A DNA stretch of 64,000 bases, from positions 224,001 through 288,000 of the forward strand of contig CM000435.1 in assembly GCA_000165345.1 (NCBI GenBank), written 5' to 3'. Position 1 is the first letter of the stretch. Every line of letters begins with the position of its first letter. Below the pieces are notes generated by a model. That model saw only the letters and a program-made list of their open reading frames with translations, did not search any database and had not been told where the DNA came from. Positions 60,701 to 64,000 of this stretch are shown here, in pieces. The position numbers and the translations under genes were made by a program.

Positions 60701-61844
60701 TTCTAATGCTGCTGCAACTACTACTAATGCTTCTGTTTCTGCTAACTCTATCTCAACAGCTCAAACAGCTCCCATCAACTCTACTGCAAATATAGCATCC
60801 GCCAATACTGCTAATAATACAGTCAATACTCCTTTGGGTAATTTTGTTCCAAGCTCCGTTGTTCCAGGTTCAGCTGTAACTACTGCCTCTATTAGTGGAG
60901 GTAGTAAAATGAATCATATTGGCAATGTACCGACTTCAGCTGCAGCTGCTCCTACAAATTCTTCTTCCATCTCACCAACTGCCAATGTTTCAAATATTCA
61001 ATACTTGAACAGTAATGATGTTCGTAGAATCTCTGATAAGTTAAACTACTCTCAAAATATGATGGGAAGCCAAGTCCATCACCAGGGACATCTCGTAAAC
61101 AGGACTCATGTTAGTAACCCTGGTAGCCATTACCTTCAAATGAACGCAAGTTCAGGAAATCATATTGGTGCTGGAGCTGTAGGAGCTGCGATGGTAACAA
61201 ATACTAATCAACGTATAGATCATGCAATGAGTGGTAATATTGGGCAGCAAAAGGTCATAACTAGTGGCTACATCCAAAATAATGAGTACATGGCACGGGG
61301 AGCAGACCCAAATGTAGGTGGTGGTACTAATAACAGTACCACCAATAAAAATAATAATAGTGGCAATAGTGGCAATATGTATGAGTTGTACCAGCATAAT
61401 GCTAAGAAACCAGAAATGCCCATTGATATTAGGGAGGAGCGGGCACGTCTGGACCAGAATATGTATATGGTAGAAGGTATGGGAGTAAATGGAATGAATA
61501 TGAGGTCTCGTCAACAAATACTACAAATGCAATCGCATCAGAACTCAGTTAAGCCACCCCACTACCACCATCAGTATCCCCCTCAGTCGCAGATCCCTAT
61601 TCACAAGTCCCATGTAAATAATGGAAACGTTTCCAATGCGAACGGAAGTAATAACTTTTATCAAAAATATAACAATAACACTACAAACAGCAATAGTAAC
61701 ATTCAATATCATAACAGAAATATCTCACCAATGGGGCAAGCATCTTCCAATATCCCTAATATTGCCAATCCCATAAACAATTTGACTAGCGGAAGTTCAC
61801 AATATCCGCAAGATGGGATTAATCACCTTGGACAAAAAAAATAA
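57786..61844 (+). CDS. AT-hook and bromodomain-containing chromatin protein (1,352 aa) with an N-terminal (EQ)n/(DQ)n repeat and a long Gly/Ser/Asn/Ala/Thr-rich C-terminal half.
   Basis: AT-hooks RGRGRPPRN and KRGRPRLRP. Bromodomain IFAEPVNAEFVPDYYQVIKNPMDFSTMRKKVSQDEYKDFDSFVDDIKLIITNCYTYN (ZA-loop P..DYY...NPMD and BC-loop N.YN). Hexanucleotide repeat (CAGGAA)n/(CAAGAT)n at about 57988-58078. Confidence 0.85.
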   Translation: MNEILENKITNGNPVPNSDEERSLGIDQESYSEISAPQKPKIEGKEETGYGQGLNKEQDQNLEQDQEQDHVQEQDQEQEQEQEQEQEQEQDQDQDQDREQEQDQEGAASERIEGKTYSQKTDGDASSVVTQTSQNAVSEIRIPRGRGRPPRNANRADIGPSGLVSITSIWADDDKPKGKRGRPRLRPLEPEEKVEPEAAPNKPLKVKRPKGPKDIMYEIIHRLYKRDKQQIFAEPVNAEFVPDYYQVIKNPMDFSTMRKKVSQDEYKDFDSFVDDIKLIITNCYTYNKIGTMVYRMGLILEETWDKSLEGSRARYEQSIKNVEEYEEKKKAGEIISDSEPESQPVWNNTPTSPPTVESPNSSNQRSMVTRRMEARLSSSHSPWISKGSGGPGAIGGSSGAGSGIPGERDSSTGPDFMSRRALGGHPFGGSMAYRGGELGRHPPYPGGVPGQVHQNTKPKGPTLADICKGGVTSIKENLEKLKIDRFEPFNSLIKQLATQPCIRTPTVDDWYVFDKQLSEIQYRNSVKRFIGDDSIQALKKIMDIETALLEIDPHPAISKLPLSDTRLLGIDTDDFAPFNQNLSVDGSFLLGVGDNHIKVALTLQDEVPSLDLTPLKELVTKYTQHPLSTQSNGASANISQGPFPNSSGVSVNGVSAGAGAGLGGGVGSGTAHIGFPKPSLGGGTNQGGLHASLSHLQTSETKPELPPSQRPAMAGNEIKGQDLKSMHYNGFGVHRGEVLPGTTETSGVSNVPLSQVGQTHAHGRIAYKHGYPPSLGSGPGSGTGSMPISMPVSGTPGKPSVPGTSGVGNSNSYYEVCPPAKVQKFEQSHYPTHSGASHAFPSSHSVIPPHSVHTVHPTQTSAIPKQGVQATAPPSGGNKPGVPLNYNQVHGRGIQHGGQMHAQGHGPGAGLGHLNGHRIQSTNLVANPTNSNNVSPVSVGNNTNQNMRVSASSPTATTSTSNAHLSVNLNMASNAAATTTNASVSANSISTAQTAPINSTANIASANTANNTVNTPLGNFVPSSVVPGSAVTTASISGGSKMNHIGNVPTSAAAAPTNSSSISPTANVSNIQYLNSNDVRRISDKLNYSQNMMGSQVHHQGHLVNRTHVSNPGSHYLQMNASSGNHIGAGAVGAAMVTNTNQRIDHAMSGNIGQQKVITSGYIQNNEYMARGADPNVGGGTNNSTTNKNNNSGNSGNMYELYQHNAKKPEMPIDIREERARLDQNMYMVEGMGVNGMNMRSRQQILQMQSHQNSVKPPHYHHQYPPQSQIPIHKSHVNNGNVSNANGSNNFYQKYNNNTTNSNSNIQYHNRNISPMGQASSNIPNIANPINNLTSGSSQYPQDGINHLGQKK
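57988..58078 (+). repeat. Coding hexanucleotide repeats (CAGGAA)n and (CAAGAT)n encoding (EQ)n/(DQ)n.
   Basis: caggaacaggaacaggaacaggaacaggaacaggaacaagatcaagatcaagatcaagat. Confidence 0.8.
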
Positions 61845-62487
61845 AATTAGCTCTAATTAGTTTATAGTTTTAATTTAAGGTTATTATAATTTGTATTGCA
61901 TGCATGTGTATAATTTTCTCATGTTTTTTTTTGCTATTAGATTACGTGTTAGACTACTTGCATGTAAAAACCGGTATTAATGATGTTGGCGCCCACAATG
62001 CCATGCATGCCGCCTGTTTGTGTGGTTGGAAAAAAAATCAGTAAAGGATTATTTGCAAGATAATGGAAAGAAAAGTTACAAAAAGAGAAGATTGGATATA
62101 GTTGAGAAAATTTGAGGCAAAAAAACTAATAGAGGGATATTGTGGAGGCTTTAAATAATTAGAACTTGAGTTTGTTAAATATATTTATTTAAAGGCTTTA
62201 AGTGGATTGAATAACATTCTCAGTCTGGCAAGGGGCTGAGAAGAAGAAATTAATTTAGCAAGCAATTTTATCAGGAAGATTGGGTTTATTTGTAGTATTA
62301 GAAATAGTAGAGTGAGTAGTAGAAGTATTGGTGGTTTTTGAGTAACAATTGGATAAAGTAAACGTAAAGAGAGCCAAGCAGTTGAAGATATTAGGTTGAA
62401 TTAGCAAAAAATACAAGTTTGAAAAGGAAGGAAAGAATTATCATGTAATGATATCTGGAAATTTCAAGTTGAATTAAATAAATAAAT

Positions 62488-64000
62488 ATGACCAGAGCAC
62501 CCTTTCAATCAACTTCTCCAAGAAACTTGGAATTTCTTCCAAATATCAATAGGCTATCAAATGAGCCAATAGATATAGCGAATGTTTCAAAGCAAAAGCT
62601 CCAAAAGCAATTGAGTGACTTGAGGAGAAAATCAGTGAATGTAGAGAATATTCCATCAAGAAGTCAACAGGAAGATCCTCTGAGTTTTAATGAGTTAAAT
62701 AATGGATATACAGGAGTTTTGATAAATACAAGTGGGAGCTTAGGAGTAAATTCTCATGGATTTGGACAAAAATATGGAAGTGCAATTTCAAATTTACAGG
62801 CAGAGCTGGTATCTCTGAAGAAAGAATATTCACAATTGGAGAAGCAATATAAACAAGAGTTGTTAAGAAGGTCAGATTTAGAGGAACTAAAAAGAACAAT
62901 TAAAGATCAGAAACTACATATTAGAGAATTGCAGAATGAATTATCAGATGAAAAAAGAAGAAGCAAAACTCGTGAGATGAGTATTAAAAATAAGAATAAT
63001 TCAGAATCTGTAACAAATGAGCAATGGAAGGATATGTTAGCAAGATCGGAACAAGAAAAGAGACAGAAGCAGACACAACTAACTGAGAAGGAGGCAGAAT
63101 GTTCTAAGCTTATAAAGCAGATTAAAAGTTTGAATAATCAGTTGGAAGAGCTAAGAGAATTAGAATGTATTTCAAAAAATAAGATTTCTAAATTTGAATC
63201 AGAAATGAGTAACAATATGGACAACTTGGAAGAAATAAAGAGACTAAGTGAGGAGAATAAGAGTTTAACTGAGAAGACTGACAAAATTTCGAATGAATTA
63301 AATGAAATATTGTACAATAGGGAATTTTTAGTTCAAGAAAATGAAGATTTAAAGCATTTAAATAAAGAAATTAATGAAAAGATGGAGTTAATATCCAAGG
63401 AAAGGGATAGAGTAATCATGGAAAAAAATGATTTACAAAATGAAGTAAATGAAAGAAGAGAAGAGAATGCTCGCTTAGCAACAATAGTTGAGGAGTTATC
63501 AGAGAAGAGAAAAGATTTTGAGAATACTGTTTTCGATTATAAATTAAGAATTGATGTATTAGAGTCGGAAAGTAAAGATAAATCACATCAAATTGAAGTT
63601 CTTACAAATAGTAATGATCAATATAAAGAAAAAGAGACTAGTTATGTTAAACAATTGGATGAGAAAATACAGACTCTTGATAAATTAAAAAAAGAATTAG
63701 ATATTTTACGAAAGGATAAGAGTAATACAATTTGTAGTTTGGAGGATAGAATTAAGATGCTTGATATTAGCAACAAAAAGAGTGAAGAGATCATATCAGA
63801 ATTAACCAAGAAGAATGAAGAATTATTTAGAAAGAACAATTTGAACAATGAAATTAGTGAAGAAAAGAATGAAGCAATTGCAAAAAATATCGAGTTGATT
63901 GAAATTAATAAAAATATGCAAGAGCAAATTAATGAAAAGATTAAAGAAAATCAAGAGTTATTAAAAGAAATTAAATTAAAAAGTCAAGCTTTGAATGATG
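62488..64000 (+). CDS. Coiled-coil protein. Partial: the ORF runs off the right end of the window.
   Basis: ATG at about 62488. I read about 504 codons by eye to nt 64000 and saw no in-frame stop. It is absent from the ORF track because no stop lies within the window. The sequence is strongly heptad-like and Glu/Lys/Leu/Asn-rich (LQAELVSLKKEYSQLEKQYKQELLRRSDLEELKRTIKDQKLHIRELQNEL). Confidence 0.6.
   Translation, partial: MTRAPFQSTSPRNLEFLPNINRLSNEPIDIANVSKQKLQKQLSDLRRKSVNVENIPSRSQQEDPLSFNELNNGYTGVLINTSGSLGVNSHGFGQKYGSAISNLQAELVSLKKEYSQLEKQYKQELLRRSDLEELKRTIKDQKLHIRELQNELSDEKRRSKTREMSIKNKNNSESVTNEQWKDMLARSEQEKRQKQTQLTEKEAECSKLIKQIKSLNNQLEELRELECISKNKISKFESEMSNNMDNLEEIKRLSEENKSLTEKTDKISNELNEILYNREFLVQENEDLKHLNKEINEKMELISKERDRVIMEKNDLQNEVNERREENARLATIVEELSEKRKDFENTVFDYKLRIDVLESESKDKSHQIEVLTNSNDQYKEKETSYVKQLDEKIQTLDKLKKELDILRKDKSNTICSLEDRIKMLDISNKKSEEIISELTKKNEELFRKNNLNNEISEEKNEAIAKNIELIEINKNMQEQINEKIKENQELLKEIKLKSQALND

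Overview
AT-rich (about 30% GC), gene-dense eukaryotic nuclear DNA with almost no introns, long uninterrupted ORFs on both strands and no transposon, rRNA or tRNA signatures. Composition, compactness, poly-Asn/Gly low-complexity coding tracts and recurring intergenic TGCATGCA and TTTGGCGCC/GGCGGGAAA motifs are most consistent with an apicomplexan of the Cryptosporidium type. This is an inference from sequence style, not a database hit. I can support 22 protein-coding genes. Recognisable by conserved motifs: Sec61-alpha, an SRSF10/SRSF2-like SR protein, SYF1/XAB2, BUD31/G10, LSm2, a Cwc21/SRRM2-N-like RS protein, IMP3 (U3 snoRNP), a REX4-like DEDDh exonuclease, SNAP50/SNAPC3, eIF3f, an ALKBH8-like RRM+AlkB dioxygenase, a SMYD-type SET/MYND methyltransferase fused to ankyrin repeats, a triple-CCCH zinc-finger protein and an AT-hook/bromodomain protein. 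Low-confidence calls: a divergent LPCAT-like acyltransferase and a G3BP-like NTF2+RRM protein. The rest are hypothetical. The stand-out feature is a single 17.5-kb ORF (20613..38111, minus) encoding a 5,832-aa protein. It has one P-loop NTPase module, an EF-hand-like loop, a Vps62/DUF946-like C-terminus and many Gly/Asn-rich repeats. It matches no giant family I recognise (not dynein, not midasin). Other points worth a second look: two convergent gene pairs whose stop codons abut (forced 3' UTR overlap); a perfect 30-bp palindrome in the IMP3/SNAP50 divergent promoter; a recurring intergenic TACCGG[TC]A motif; a probable 5' intron in LSm2; and five spliceosome components within 64 kb of an intron-poor genome. 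No CRISPR, tRNA, rRNA or mobile element was found. My hand-counted coordinates may be off by 1 nt in places.
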